Origin: Candidatus Omnitrophota bacterium
Lineage (GTDB): Bacteria; Omnitrophota; Gorgyraeia; Zapsychrales; JANLHA01
DNA: 64,000 nt
Reading direction: 5' to 3'
NCBI GenBank assembly: GCA_020632535.1
Contig: JACKFJ010000008.1
Coordinates: 463 to 64,462 of the forward strand
In this document: in pieces, positions 32,635-42,180 of the stretch
Numbering within the stretch: position 1 is the first letter of the stretch
Layout of the letters: each line of letters begins with the position of its first letter
Program-made: the position numbers and the translations under genes
The notes under the pieces: generated by a model
The model's input: the letters and a program-made list of their open reading frames with translations, nothing else
What the model was told of the DNA's origin: nothing
Databases searched by the model: none

Positions 32635-33051
32635 ATGAACAAAAAACCAGAAGAAGCAGCAGCAGTTAAAAAAGACAAAAAAGCTAAAAAGAAAAACCTT
32701 AAGGGCGTTACATCCGGTATTGTGCATATTCAAGCAACTTTTAACAATACGATTGTGAGTATTGCTGATCGCCAAGGGAATGTGATTTCATGGGGTAGCC
32801 CCGGGACTGTGGGTTTTAGCGGTTCTAAGAAATCTACGCCATTTGCCGCGCAAGTTGCTGCCAGCGCTGCCGCAAAACAAGCTAAAGATTTTGGGATTCA
32901 AAGTGTTGATATTTATGTGAAGGGTCCGGGTTCTGGCCGTGAATCCGCGATTCGCGCAATACAGGCGGCGGGAATAATGGTTACTTCAATTCGTGACGTC
33001 ACACCTATGCCGCATAATGGGTGTCGTCCCCGCAAAAAACGCAGAGTTTAA
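32635..33051 (+). CDS. rpsK: 30S ribosomal protein S11
   Basis: [50 protein letters not shown]. Confidence 0.97.
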   Translation: MNKKPEEAAAVKKDKKAKKKNLKGVTSGIVHIQATFNNTIVSIADRQGNVISWGSPGTVGFSGSKKSTPFAAQVAASAAAKQAKDFGIQSVDIYVKGPGSGRESAIRAIQAAGIMVTSIRDVTPMPHNGCRPRKKRRV

Positions 33052-33073
33052 AAAACAAAGGGAGCAGGTTTTT

Positions 33074-33709
33074 ATGGCAAGGAATTTAGGATCAAGTTGC
33101 AGATTATGCCGGCGCGAAGGCGAGAAACTTTTTTTGAAGGGGACTCGTTGCTATACACATCGCTGCGCTATTGAACGTCGGGATTACGCTCCCGGTGATC
33201 ACGGTGCCAAGCGCGCATCCAAACTTTCAAATTTTGGTATTCAAATGCGCGAAAAGCAGAAACTTAAGAGAATTTACGGACTCTTAGAGAAGCAGTTTCG
33301 GCTTTACTTTGCAAGTGCAGTGCAAAGCAAGGGCGTTACAGGTAGTATGCTTTTGCAATACTTGGAAAGACGTCTTGACAATGTCGTTTATCGTCTTGGA
33401 TTTGCGACATCACGTAAACAAGCTCGCCAAATTGTAAGTCATGGCTTTGTTTGTATCAATGATCGTTCAGTTAATATTTCTTCTGTTTTGGTTAAACAAA
33501 ACGATGAAATTTCACTCAAGTTTGGTTCTGACCTTAAGGGTCAGAAATTTGTTCAAGAAAATTTTGAGGCTTCTAAAGCTCGAACAGCACCGACATGGTT
33601 AACGGCCGACCCGAATCATTTTAAAGGTAAGATTCTGCGCCTTCCAGAACGGGATGATATTAACTTCCCAATTAATGAGCAATTGATCGTTGAACTTTAT
33701 TCAAGATAA
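33074..33709 (+). CDS. rpsD: 30S ribosomal protein S4 (Zn-ribbon N-terminus)
   Basis: Internal ATG gives MARNLGSSCRLCRREGEKLFLKGTRC; S4 RNA-binding domain RLDNVVYRLGFATSRKQARQIVSHG. ORF-track start 32993 overlaps rpsK. Confidence 0.95.
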   Translation: MARNLGSSCRLCRREGEKLFLKGTRCYTHRCAIERRDYAPGDHGAKRASKLSNFGIQMREKQKLKRIYGLLEKQFRLYFASAVQSKGVTGSMLLQYLERRLDNVVYRLGFATSRKQARQIVSHGFVCINDRSVNISSVLVKQNDEISLKFGSDLKGQKFVQENFEASKARTAPTWLTADPNHFKGKILRLPERDDINFPINEQLIVELYSR

Positions 33710-33769
33710 TTTTAATGCCTGCCGAAAGCGGGTAACACCACCCACACGAAAGACTATCAGGAGGATAAC

Positions 33770-34783
33770 ATGGGAGTAAAATGGCGCGATTTTCAAATGC
33801 CCAAAAGATTAGATTGTGATGAATCCACCTATACGAATCATTATGGGCGTTTTATTGCGGAACCTTTCGAGCGCGGTTATGGAGTGACATTGGGTAATGC
33901 TTTGCGAAGAATTCTTCTTTCTTCAATTGAAGGCAGCGCCGTGACATCCATCCATATCGAAGGTGTCGATCATGAATTTTCGACGATTCCCGGTGTCATG
34001 GAATCTGTCACAGAAATTATTTTGAACATCAAGGGAGTCGTGCTCCGTTCACATTCTCGTGTCGCAAAAACGATTTATATCAAAGCTGATAAAAAAGGCG
34101 AAATTCGTGCCAAGAATATCATCTGTGATGAAACCGTTGAAATTGTTAACCCAGAGCATTTGATTGCGACCTTAACGCAAGACATCTCATTTAATGTTGA
34201 GCTTGAAGTCGCTAAAGGCCGTGGTTATGTTCCTGCGGAATTAAATAAGAAAGATACTCTTCCCGTCGGTGCAATTGCGATTGATTCCATCTTTACGCCG
34301 ATTGTTAAAGTGAATTATTTAGTCGAAAATACGCGTGTTGGTCAACGCACGGATTATGATCGCTTAATTTTAGATGTTGAAACAAATGGTGCGATTTCTC
34401 CGAAAGAAGCTCTTCTTTATGCAGCCAACATTCAACAGCGTCATTTAGACGTTTTTGTGTCGTATGGCCAACTTCCTGAAGAAGAAGAGGAAGAAGAAGA
34501 AATTTCTGCCGAAGAAGAAGCAGTTTATGAAAAACTTCGTCTTCCGGTTTCGGAATTGGAATTGTCTGTTCGTAGCGCCAATTGTCTTAAAGACGCCAAT
34601 ATCCGCACGATCGCGGATCTTGTCAGAAAAGCTGAATCTGAGCTTTTAGGTTTTCGTAATTTCGGAAAGAAATCTTTGACCGAAATCAATGAGTTGCTCG
34701 TGGTAATGGGTTTGCATCTTGGGATGAAAGTTGATCCAAAAAAACTCAAGAGAGTTGAACAGCAACAGCCGCAAGCACAATAA
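33770..34783 (+). CDS. rpoA: DNA-directed RNA polymerase subunit alpha
   Basis: NTD GVTLGNALRRILLSSIEGSAVT; CTD ELELSVRSANCLKDANIRTIADL; the two domains are joined by a run of eight Glu. Confidence 0.97.
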   Translation: MGVKWRDFQMPKRLDCDESTYTNHYGRFIAEPFERGYGVTLGNALRRILLSSIEGSAVTSIHIEGVDHEFSTIPGVMESVTEIILNIKGVVLRSHSRVAKTIYIKADKKGEIRAKNIICDETVEIVNPEHLIATLTQDISFNVELEVAKGRGYVPAELNKKDTLPVGAIAIDSIFTPIVKVNYLVENTRVGQRTDYDRLILDVETNGAISPKEALLYAANIQQRHLDVFVSYGQLPEEEEEEEEISAEEEAVYEKLRLPVSELELSVRSANCLKDANIRTIADLVRKAESELLGFRNFGKKSLTEINELLVVMGLHLGMKVDPKKLKRVEQQQPQAQ

Positions 34784-34808
34784 AGGAATATTAAATTAAG
34801 GTGATGAT

Positions 34809-35390
34809 ATGAGACATGGGATAGCTGGGAATAAATTGTCAAGAAATTCAACCTTGCGTAAAGCGACAATGCGTGACATCGCGATTGCAACTTTGATTCG
34901 TCAACGTATCACGACGACCAAAGCCATCGCGAAAGAAGGACGCAAACTCGTTGATCGTTTGATTACGATGGGCAAAAAAGGGACATTGAGTGAGAAGCGT
35001 CGAGCATTCGCAGTATTGTGCGATCATCAGCTTGTTAGCGACCTTTTTGAAAAAATTGCTCCACGTTTTCGTGCGCGTCAAGGTGGCTATACCCGTATCA
35101 TGCAAATGGCTCATCGTCGCGGCGATAATGCTCATATGGTACTTCTTGAATTAACTGAAAAAGAAGAAGTTGTTGTAAAGCCAAAGGCTGCAGTCGCGAC
35201 TGGTAAGAAATCACAGGTGATTGATGTCGAGGCTGATCAACACGAACATGTGGATGATAAAAGCAGCAAAAAACCGGAGTCTGTAAAGCCAGCTGCTAAG
35301 AAGCATTTACCGACGGATGATAAGAGCAAGGCTAAGCCTAAGGTTGGGATGATCAAGAAAATGTTTCAGCGAAAAGTCGGCGAGAGTTAA
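34809..35390 (+). CDS. rplQ: 50S ribosomal protein L17 (with Lys-rich C-terminal extension)
   Basis: MRHGIAGNKLSRNSTLRKATMRD, GGYTRIMQMAHRRGDNAHMVLLEL; then about 70 extra aa rich in K/A/D. Confidence 0.95.
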   Translation: MRHGIAGNKLSRNSTLRKATMRDIAIATLIRQRITTTKAIAKEGRKLVDRLITMGKKGTLSEKRRAFAVLCDHQLVSDLFEKIAPRFRARQGGYTRIMQMAHRRGDNAHMVLLELTEKEEVVVKPKAAVATGKKSQVIDVEADQHEHVDDKSSKKPESVKPAAKKHLPTDDKSKAKPKVGMIKKMFQRKVGES

Positions 35391-35449
35391 TCGTACTTCT
35401 TGATATGCGTTTTTTAAAGCCGTTTTAAAGAATTTGACTGGATGCCTTG

Positions 35450-36634
35450 ATGGAAAAATCCGTAGTAAAGATTAATCGTCGCATCAAGGAAGTTCTCGGT
35501 TCGACAACATTAGCCATTACGGCTCGTGCCAAAGAACTTCAATCTAAGGGCATTGACGTTGTTAATTTTGGGGCCGGTGAACCAGATTTTGATACTCCGG
35601 ATACGATTAAGCAAGCCGCCATTAAAGCTATTGAAGGCGGTTTTACAAAATATACACCCTCAACTGGTACGATTGATTTACGCAAAGCAATCGCTGCCAA
35701 ATTTAAAAAAGATAATAATCTCGAATACACTCCAAATCAAATCGCGGTTTCCTGCGGCGCGAAACATTCCATTTTTAATTTGATACAAGTTTTGATTGAC
35801 GAGGGGGACGAAGTCTTGATCCCGACTCCGTATTGGGTTAGTTATCCGGAAATGGTAAAAATTGCCGGTGGGACTAATGTTTTTATTCAGACAGGCTGGG
35901 ATACCGGTTTTAAATTGACGCCTGCGATTTTGGAAAAGCATATCACTTCCAAATCCAAGATTTTGTTTATTAACTCACCTTCAAATCCAACAGGTGTTGT
36001 TTATTCAAAAGACGAATTGCAGGACATTGTCCGCATTTGCGTTAAACATCAGATTTATATGATCAGCGACGAGATTTATGAAAAATTGATTTATGACACG
36101 GATCAATATACTTCTGTTGCTGCTTTAGGAAAAGATGCGTATGATTTGACTATAACCGTCAATGGTGTTTCTAAAGCTTTTTCGATGACAGGCTGGCGTA
36201 TCGGTTATGCCGCAGGCCCGCAGGAAATCATGGATTACGTTAAAAATTTTCAAGATCATTCGACATCGAATCCGACATCAATTAGTCAGGCGGCAGCTCT
36301 TGCGGCTTTACAGCTTCCGGATGATGATATTATTGTAATGCGTGATGAATTTAAGAAGCGACGTGAATTGATGATGGCCTTGGTTGAAGATTTACCAGAA
36401 ATCCGCTATATTCGTCCGGATGGAGCTTTTTATCTTTTTTGTGATGTTTCAAAAATTGGTGATTCTGATGTTATTGCCAAGAAAATTCTCGATGAAGTCA
36501 ATGTTGCTGTCATCCCGGGTTCGGGTTTTGGCGCTCCGAATTTTATTCGTTTTAGTTTTGCCACGTCCGAAGAGCGTATTAAGGAAGGTATTAAGCGCAT
36601 TGGGCAATGGATCAAGAGTCAATCCGGTTCTTAA
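35450..36634 (+). CDS. pyridoxal-phosphate-dependent aminotransferase, class I (aspartate aminotransferase-like)
   Basis: NSPSNPTG, PLP-lysine block SKAFSMTGWRIGY, IRFSFATS; ATG 35450 (the ORF track begins at the adjacent TTG 35447). Confidence 0.88.
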   Translation: MEKSVVKINRRIKEVLGSTTLAITARAKELQSKGIDVVNFGAGEPDFDTPDTIKQAAIKAIEGGFTKYTPSTGTIDLRKAIAAKFKKDNNLEYTPNQIAVSCGAKHSIFNLIQVLIDEGDEVLIPTPYWVSYPEMVKIAGGTNVFIQTGWDTGFKLTPAILEKHITSKSKILFINSPSNPTGVVYSKDELQDIVRICVKHQIYMISDEIYEKLIYDTDQYTSVAALGKDAYDLTITVNGVSKAFSMTGWRIGYAAGPQEIMDYVKNFQDHSTSNPTSISQAAALAALQLPDDDIIVMRDEFKKRRELMMALVEDLPEIRYIRPDGAFYLFCDVSKIGDSDVIAKKILDEVNVAVIPGSGFGAPNFIRFSFATSEERIKEGIKRIGQWIKSQSGS

Positions 36635-36760
36635 TGAAAGAGATCTTTCTCCCTTTTATTTTGGTCAAGAAAGCCTTTTCTTAATCTGGGGTTGACATAA
36701 GCCTAAAGATAGATTACCTTTTAGTACGAGTGCTTTATAACAATATTATAAGGAGTCATA

Positions 36761-37831
36761 ATGGAATTACGCGATTTGCTTTTATTGTCTGTTCAGAAAA
36801 AAGCTTCTGACGTGCATTTGACTTATGATAGTCCGCCGATTTTACGTATTGATGGGAAACTCACGGTTACGAATAAAGACCCATTGTCACGAGAAGAGTT
36901 GAAAAAGGTCATTTACGGTATGCTGACTGATAATCAAAAGGAAGTCTTTGAGCGTGATAAGGAGCTGGATTTCTCTCTTTCTCTTTCGGGGATGGATCGT
37001 TTTCGTGTGAATATTCATTTGCAGCGTGGTTCTGTTGAAGCAGCCTTTCGTCGTATTCCCATCTTTATTCCGAATATGTCCGAACTCGGTTTGCCTCCGA
37101 TTATTGCTGATATGGCGCGTAAACCCAACGGTTTAGTTTTGATTACAGGGCCAACGGGTACCGGGAAAACGACAACCATGGCGTCTCTCATTAATTTACT
37201 CAATGAAGAAAAAGAATCGGTCATTATTATGATTGAGGATCCGATCGAATACGTTCACTTTAATAAAAAGTCAATTATCAAGCAGCGGGAGGTTTTTCGA
37301 GATACCAATTCGTTCTCGGAAGCTTTGAAGCGTTGCTTGCGTCAAGATCCTGATATTATTGTTGTCGGTGAAATGAGAGATTTGGAAACGATTTCCACGG
37401 CTTTGACGGCTGCGGAAACCGGCCATCTTGTTCTCGCGACATTACATACGCCTGACGCGCCGCAAACGATTGAACGTATTATTGATGCTTTCCCGCCACA
37501 TCAGCAACAGCAAGTCAAGCTACAGTTAGCTTCAGCATTGCAAGGTGTTGTTTCACAATTGTTATTGCCAAAAGCGGATGGAGTGGGTCGTGTTTTATCC
37601 ACAGAAGTCATGGTGGTCACCCCGGGCATTCGTAACCTTATTCGGGAACAAGCGATCGAACAAATTCCAACAGCGATTCAAACTGGTAGCGCATATGGTA
37701 TGAATACTATGGATAAGTCTTTGCAGAAACTTTATCAGGAAGGTACGATTACGTACGAAACCGCAATTGCCAACGTTAAGAATAAAGAAGAATTCCGTCA
37801 GTTACTCAATAGCGGTAAGCCTAAAAAATAA
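36761..37831 (+). CDS. pilT: type IV pilus retraction ATPase PilT family
   Basis: Walker [11 protein letters not shown], Walker [20 protein letters not shown], PilT signature GIRNLIRE. Confidence 0.9.
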   Translation: MELRDLLLLSVQKKASDVHLTYDSPPILRIDGKLTVTNKDPLSREELKKVIYGMLTDNQKEVFERDKELDFSLSLSGMDRFRVNIHLQRGSVEAAFRRIPIFIPNMSELGLPPIIADMARKPNGLVLITGPTGTGKTTTMASLINLLNEEKESVIIMIEDPIEYVHFNKKSIIKQREVFRDTNSFSEALKRCLRQDPDIIVVGEMRDLETISTALTAAETGHLVLATLHTPDAPQTIERIIDAFPPHQQQQVKLQLASALQGVVSQLLLPKADGVGRVLSTEVMVVTPGIRNLIREQAIEQIPTAIQTGSAYGMNTMDKSLQKLYQEGTITYETAIANVKNKEEFRQLLNSGKPKK

Positions 37832-37854
37832 TTTTCAAAAGATTAAGGACGTGT

Positions 37855-38940
37855 ATGTCTTATAAAGTAACATTGCTCCCCGGCGACGGGATCGGCCCGG
37901 AAGTTGCGGCTGCTATGCGTAAATGTGTTGATGCCACAGGTGTTAAGGTCGAGTGGGAAGAACATCTCGTCGGAGAACATGCGATTGCAAAATTTGGGAC
38001 ACCATTGCCAGATGGAGTTTTAGAATCGGTGCGACGGAATATGGTCGCGATTAAAGGACCTATCGCGACACCAATTGGCAAGGGTTTTCGCTCCGTTAAC
38101 GTGCAATTGCGTCAAGCGCTCGATTTATTTGCCTGTGTTCGTCCATGTAAATTTTATGAAGGGACAAAATGCAAATATCCGGAAGTTGATTTGATGATAT
38201 TTCGTGAAAATACCGAAGATCTTTATGCTGGTATTGAATTTGATATTAATACAGAAGAAGCAAAGGAATTGATTGCAAAAATCAATAGTTTGCAGCCGCG
38301 ACAAATTCGAGAAGATTCAGCTATTTCTATTAAGCCGATTTCAATCTTTGCCAGTCGTCGTATTGTCAAATATGCTTTTGATTATGCGGTAAAACATAAT
38401 CGAAAGAAAGTTACCGCGATCCATAAAGCTAATATTATGAAATTCTCTGATGGACTTTTTTTACGAACAGCACGGGAAGTTGCGCAAGAGTATGCGGGTA
38501 AAGTTGAATTTCAGGACGTGATTGTGGACAATATGTGCATGCAGCTTGTGCAAAAGCCGGAGCTTTATGACGTTTTGGTTCTTCCGAATCTTTATGGTGA
38601 TATTGTTTCTGACCTTTGCGCTGGTTTAGTTGGTGGATTAGGTATTGCCCCGGGAGCAAATTTTGGTAATGATATCGCGCTTTTTGAGCCTGTGCATGGG
38701 TCAGCTCCGAAGTATGCTGGACAGAATAAAGTGAATCCGACGGCTACGATTCTTTCATCGGTTTTGATGCTTCATCATTTGAAAGAAAATAAAGCCGCAG
38801 ATCGTCTTGAAAATGCTGTGAAAGCTGTTTTGCGTGAAGGCAAAGATGTCACGTATGATCTTAAAAAAGATCGCAATGACCCGACGGCCGTTGGAACGCA
38901 AGAAATGGCCGATGCGATTTGCCGGAAACTTAAATCTTAA
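37855..38940 (+). CDS. icd: isocitrate dehydrogenase (beta-decarboxylating dehydrogenase family; cofactor not assignable)
   Basis: [14 protein letters not shown]-type substrate block [40 protein letters not shown]. Confidence 0.8.
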   Translation: MSYKVTLLPGDGIGPEVAAAMRKCVDATGVKVEWEEHLVGEHAIAKFGTPLPDGVLESVRRNMVAIKGPIATPIGKGFRSVNVQLRQALDLFACVRPCKFYEGTKCKYPEVDLMIFRENTEDLYAGIEFDINTEEAKELIAKINSLQPRQIREDSAISIKPISIFASRRIVKYAFDYAVKHNRKKVTAIHKANIMKFSDGLFLRTAREVAQEYAGKVEFQDVIVDNMCMQLVQKPELYDVLVLPNLYGDIVSDLCAGLVGGLGIAPGANFGNDIALFEPVHGSAPKYAGQNKVNPTATILSSVLMLHHLKENKAADRLENAVKAVLREGKDVTYDLKKDRNDPTAVGTQEMADAICRKLKS

Positions 38941-38964
38941 CACGCTTGTGAACCATTTTAATCT

Positions 38965-39009
38965 AAACCCCGATTCCAGTTTTTAGGATTCGGGGTTTAT
39001 TTTTATTTT
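38965..39009 (+). terminator. rho-independent terminator after icd
   Basis: AAACCCCGATTCC / GGATTCGGGGTTT stem (one mismatch), loop AGTTTTTA, then a T-rich tract TATTTTTATTTT running up to the lipB ATG. Confidence 0.75.
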
Positions 39010-39654
39010 ATGTCAAAAAATACCAATTTTGTTTTAGATCTCGGACTTATTGATTATTCCTTAGCGTATAATTTACAAAAGCAAGCAGTTGCGGAAGTTA
39101 TTGCTGGTGGTCCAGAGCGTGTTTTGCTCTGTGAGCATCCAAGTGTATTGACTCTTGGTCGTATGGCTGATGAAAAATATATTCTTGCGTCACGTGAGGA
39201 ATTGCATCGTCGTGGAATCAATGTTTTGGCGGTTGACCGTGGTGGCGAAGTTACTTTACACGCACCCGGACAGCTTGTTGTGTATCCTATTTTGGATTTA
39301 AAGAAACACGGCAAGGATATTAAAGCGTATATGCATCAGTTAGAAGAGATCGCAATTCAGTTTTTGGAATTATATGGTATTTCATCGTCACGAAATTCTG
39401 GGAAAACCGGTATTTGGATTGGCTCCAAAAAGATTGTGTCTATTGGGGTTGGAGTCAAAAAGTGGGTCACATTTCATGGGCTGGGAATTAATATTAATAC
39501 AGATTTAAAATTGTTCTCGCTGATCAATCCGTGTGGTCTTGGGGTAAATATGACATCTGTTGAAAATATAAAGGGGCAGAGTGTCGATTTTAAGAAAGCC
39601 AAGAAAGATTTCGCGGATGTTTTTGTAAAACATTTTGCGTTTGTAAGAACATAG
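39010..39654 (+). CDS. lipB: lipoyl(octanoyl) transferase
   Basis: LLCEHPSVLTLGR, RGGEVTLHAPGQLVVYPIL, catalytic-region KKIVSIGVGVKKWVTFHGLGINI. Confidence 0.9.
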   Translation: MSKNTNFVLDLGLIDYSLAYNLQKQAVAEVIAGGPERVLLCEHPSVLTLGRMADEKYILASREELHRRGINVLAVDRGGEVTLHAPGQLVVYPILDLKKHGKDIKAYMHQLEEIAIQFLELYGISSSRNSGKTGIWIGSKKIVSIGVGVKKWVTFHGLGININTDLKLFSLINPCGLGVNMTSVENIKGQSVDFKKAKKDFADVFVKHFAFVRT

Positions 39655-39805
39655 CACAGTGTTTTTGTGTGAATAACTTGAAGAATACATTATATACTGT
39701 GTTTTACTAAAAGGTCTGATTTTAAAGTTAGTGTAAGTGCAGTAGAATTTGGTTTCTTTGGAGATAATTTTGGGTATAATATTCAATATTTGTTAAGGAG
39801 AATTT

Positions 39806-40036
39806 ATGTCGCAAATCATTTTGCCCGAGTTAGGTGAAGGGATTGAAAAAGCTATCGTTGCGTTTTGGCATTGTCGTGTTGGCGATCAAGTCAAAAAGGA
39901 AAGCGATATTGTGGAATTGGTCACGGATAAAGCGGTGTTTAATGTGACATCTGATTTCGATGGTGTGGTTAAGGAAATTCTCGTGCCCGAGGGTGAAGAG
40001 GCCAAAATTGGACAGGTTCTGGCGATAATCGAATAA
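39806..40036 (+). CDS. stand-alone lipoyl-attachment domain protein (76 aa)
   Basis: Complete single lipoyl domain: LPELGEGIEKAIVAFWHCRVGDQVKKESDIVELVTDKAVFNVTSDFDGVVKEILVPEGEEAKIGQVLAIIE. Has the (E/V)TDKA lipoyl-lysine context, not the MKM of biotin; AAGGAG SD. Confidence 0.8.
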   Translation: MSQIILPELGEGIEKAIVAFWHCRVGDQVKKESDIVELVTDKAVFNVTSDFDGVVKEILVPEGEEAKIGQVLAIIE

Positions 40037-40037
40037 G

Positions 40038-41240
40038 ATGATAGACCCAATCGATTTAGTAAGTAAGATTAGCGAGGACGATTCATTACAAGAGGTTCAC
40101 ATGGAAAAAGAGATTCGCAAAAAGCGTAAAGTTCTTTTAATGTATATTACGAAGGTTTCGGGGCATCGACAGGCAACACTTGCAATTCAAAGAGCGTTGC
40201 GCGAGCTTGATGATTCTGTTGAAGCTCCCGGCGTTAATGGTTTTGGGTACACATATCCAATTCTAGAAAAAGTTGTCAACCGTGCCTACATGAGCGTCAT
40301 CAAGCGTACGCCAAAAGTTTGGGATTATCTTTATGACAATCCTAATGTCGTTAAGAAATCCCAATCGATTAAAAAGTTTCTTCATAAAACTAGCCATAAG
40401 AAAATTGCAAAATTATTTGGAGAGTATAACCCTGATACGATTGTCTGCACTCAAGCGTTTCCTTGCGGTATGGTCGCGGATTATAAAACCGCGCATAATC
40501 TTAAAGTAACATTGATTGGGGTATTAACAGATTTTGCGCCACACTCATATTGGATTAATGAAGGCGTAGATTATTATGTTGTTCCCGACGATGAAGCGAG
40601 AGACCGCTTTATTAAAAAGGGTGTTTCTCCTGATTCTATTAAAGTGTATGGTATCCCGATTCAGTCAAAATTTGCGGTTCAGTTAGATAAAGAGCCGATC
40701 GCTCAAACATTGGGTCTTGATCTTACAATTCCGATTATTCTTATTATGGGTGGTGGGCAGGGTTTGGGGCCGATTAAAGAAGTTGTTTCGTGTCTTGAAA
40801 ATATTGATTCACCCTTGCAGATTATTGTTATTACCGGTGTTAATCAAAAGCTTCAGAAATGGTTGGAAAAAGAGCGAAAGCATTTTACCAAAAAACTTAT
40901 CAATTATGATTACGCGACTAATGTTGATGAATTGATGGAAATAGCAACGTTGATTATTACGAAACCGGGGGGATTGACCACCAGTGAATGTCTTGCCAAA
41001 GGACTGCCAATGATTATTGTTAATCCTATTCCTGGGCAGGAGATGCGTAACACAGATTTTCTTCTCAAAAACGGGATGGGTATTCGTATTGATAAAACGA
41101 GTGATGTTGGCGAAGAGATTGAACTGCTTTTAAAATCTCCAGAGCGCCTCGCTCTCATGCGTAAAGCTGCTTTGGCTTTTGGTAAACCGCATGCTGCCTA
41201 CGATGTGGCTCGCCTCATTCTTGATGGACCTGCGCATTAG
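40038..41240 (+). CDS. GT28-family diacylglycerol glycosyltransferase (MGDG synthase/UgtP-like)
   Basis: N-domain KVLLMYITKVSGHRQA..., C-domain ITKPGGLTTSECLAKGLPMIIVNPIPGQE; starts 1 nt after the lipoyl-domain stop. The true start may be the internal Met at MEKEIRKK. Confidence 0.75.
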   Translation: MIDPIDLVSKISEDDSLQEVHMEKEIRKKRKVLLMYITKVSGHRQATLAIQRALRELDDSVEAPGVNGFGYTYPILEKVVNRAYMSVIKRTPKVWDYLYDNPNVVKKSQSIKKFLHKTSHKKIAKLFGEYNPDTIVCTQAFPCGMVADYKTAHNLKVTLIGVLTDFAPHSYWINEGVDYYVVPDDEARDRFIKKGVSPDSIKVYGIPIQSKFAVQLDKEPIAQTLGLDLTIPIILIMGGGQGLGPIKEVVSCLENIDSPLQIIVITGVNQKLQKWLEKERKHFTKKLINYDYATNVDELMEIATLIITKPGGLTTSECLAKGLPMIIVNPIPGQEMRNTDFLLKNGMGIRIDKTSDVGEEIELLLKSPERLALMRKAALAFGKPHAAYDVARLILDGPAH

Positions 41241-41265
41241 GATTTTAAAATCTCATTGAGGCCGT

Positions 41266-42168
41266 ATGTTCAAATTTTATCTCTATAAATTTGGCCAGTT
41301 TTTGATTCGGCGAATATCTTTGGAAAATGCCTACGCATTGGCGATGTTTATTTCGGATATTCAATATTATCTTTCATTTCGCGATCGTCGGGCGGTTAAA
41401 AATAATCTGAAAGTTATTTTGGGGTCGGATCAAGATGACCCTGTTAAAGCTAGAGAAGTTTTTCGTAACTTTGGTAAATATCTTGTCGAGTTTTTTCGGA
41501 TTGCTAATGAATTAGATGAGCAATTTATTCGCGAAAAAGTTAAGGTCATTAATCGTCATTTTTTAGATGAGGCTGTTGCTAAAGCTAAGGGTGTCGTTGT
41601 TTTGACAGCGCATGTTGGCAATTGGGAATTAGGTGGCTTAGTTTTGGGAATGATGGGATATCCGACATTAGCGATTACTTTGTCTCACAAAGAGCGACCG
41701 GTTAATGAGTTGTTTAATAAGCAACGTGAATTGCGCGGAGTCATTAGTGTCCCGATTCGTAAAGCTGTGCATCGGTGTTTGAGCGCGCTACGAAATAATA
41801 AATTCATTGCAGTTTTGGCTGATCGTGATTTTACCAGCAGTGGTGAAGTTATAAAGTTTTTAGGGCGAGATGTATTGATTCCCAAAGGTGCCGCGCTTTT
41901 TGCCTGCAAAACCGGCGCGACAATTCTCCCGACTTTTTTTATGCGACAAGCGGATAATTCGTTTACGCTAGAATTTGAAAAGCCGATTTATGCGGCCACG
42001 GCACAGCCGGGACAAATTAAGCAGTCGGAAATGGTGGCAGTTATGAAGGAGTACACGGCCATGATTGAAAACAAAATTCGGCAGTATCCGACGCAATGGC
42101 TGATGTTTCGTGTGTTTTGGGATATGAAGGCAAACGCGCTCGCAGATATTGATGAACGAATCACATAG
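41266..42168 (+). CDS. LpxL/HtrB-family lysophospholipid (lipid A-type) acyltransferase
   Basis: Family motif TAHVGNWELGG and LADRDF block; N-terminal membrane anchor. Confidence 0.75.
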   Translation: MFKFYLYKFGQFLIRRISLENAYALAMFISDIQYYLSFRDRRAVKNNLKVILGSDQDDPVKAREVFRNFGKYLVEFFRIANELDEQFIREKVKVINRHFLDEAVAKAKGVVVLTAHVGNWELGGLVLGMMGYPTLAITLSHKERPVNELFNKQRELRGVISVPIRKAVHRCLSALRNNKFIAVLADRDFTSSGEVIKFLGRDVLIPKGAALFACKTGATILPTFFMRQADNSFTLEFEKPIYAATAQPGQIKQSEMVAVMKEYTAMIENKIRQYPTQWLMFRVFWDMKANALADIDERIT

Positions 42169-42180
42169 TGAGGTATTGAG

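Noticed and set aside
34478-34520. GAA/GAG-rich tandem tract as a non-coding repeat or CRISPR-like feature
   Set aside because: It is in-frame coding sequence of rpoA (the poly-Glu linker). There is no repeat-spacer architecture anywhere in the window.
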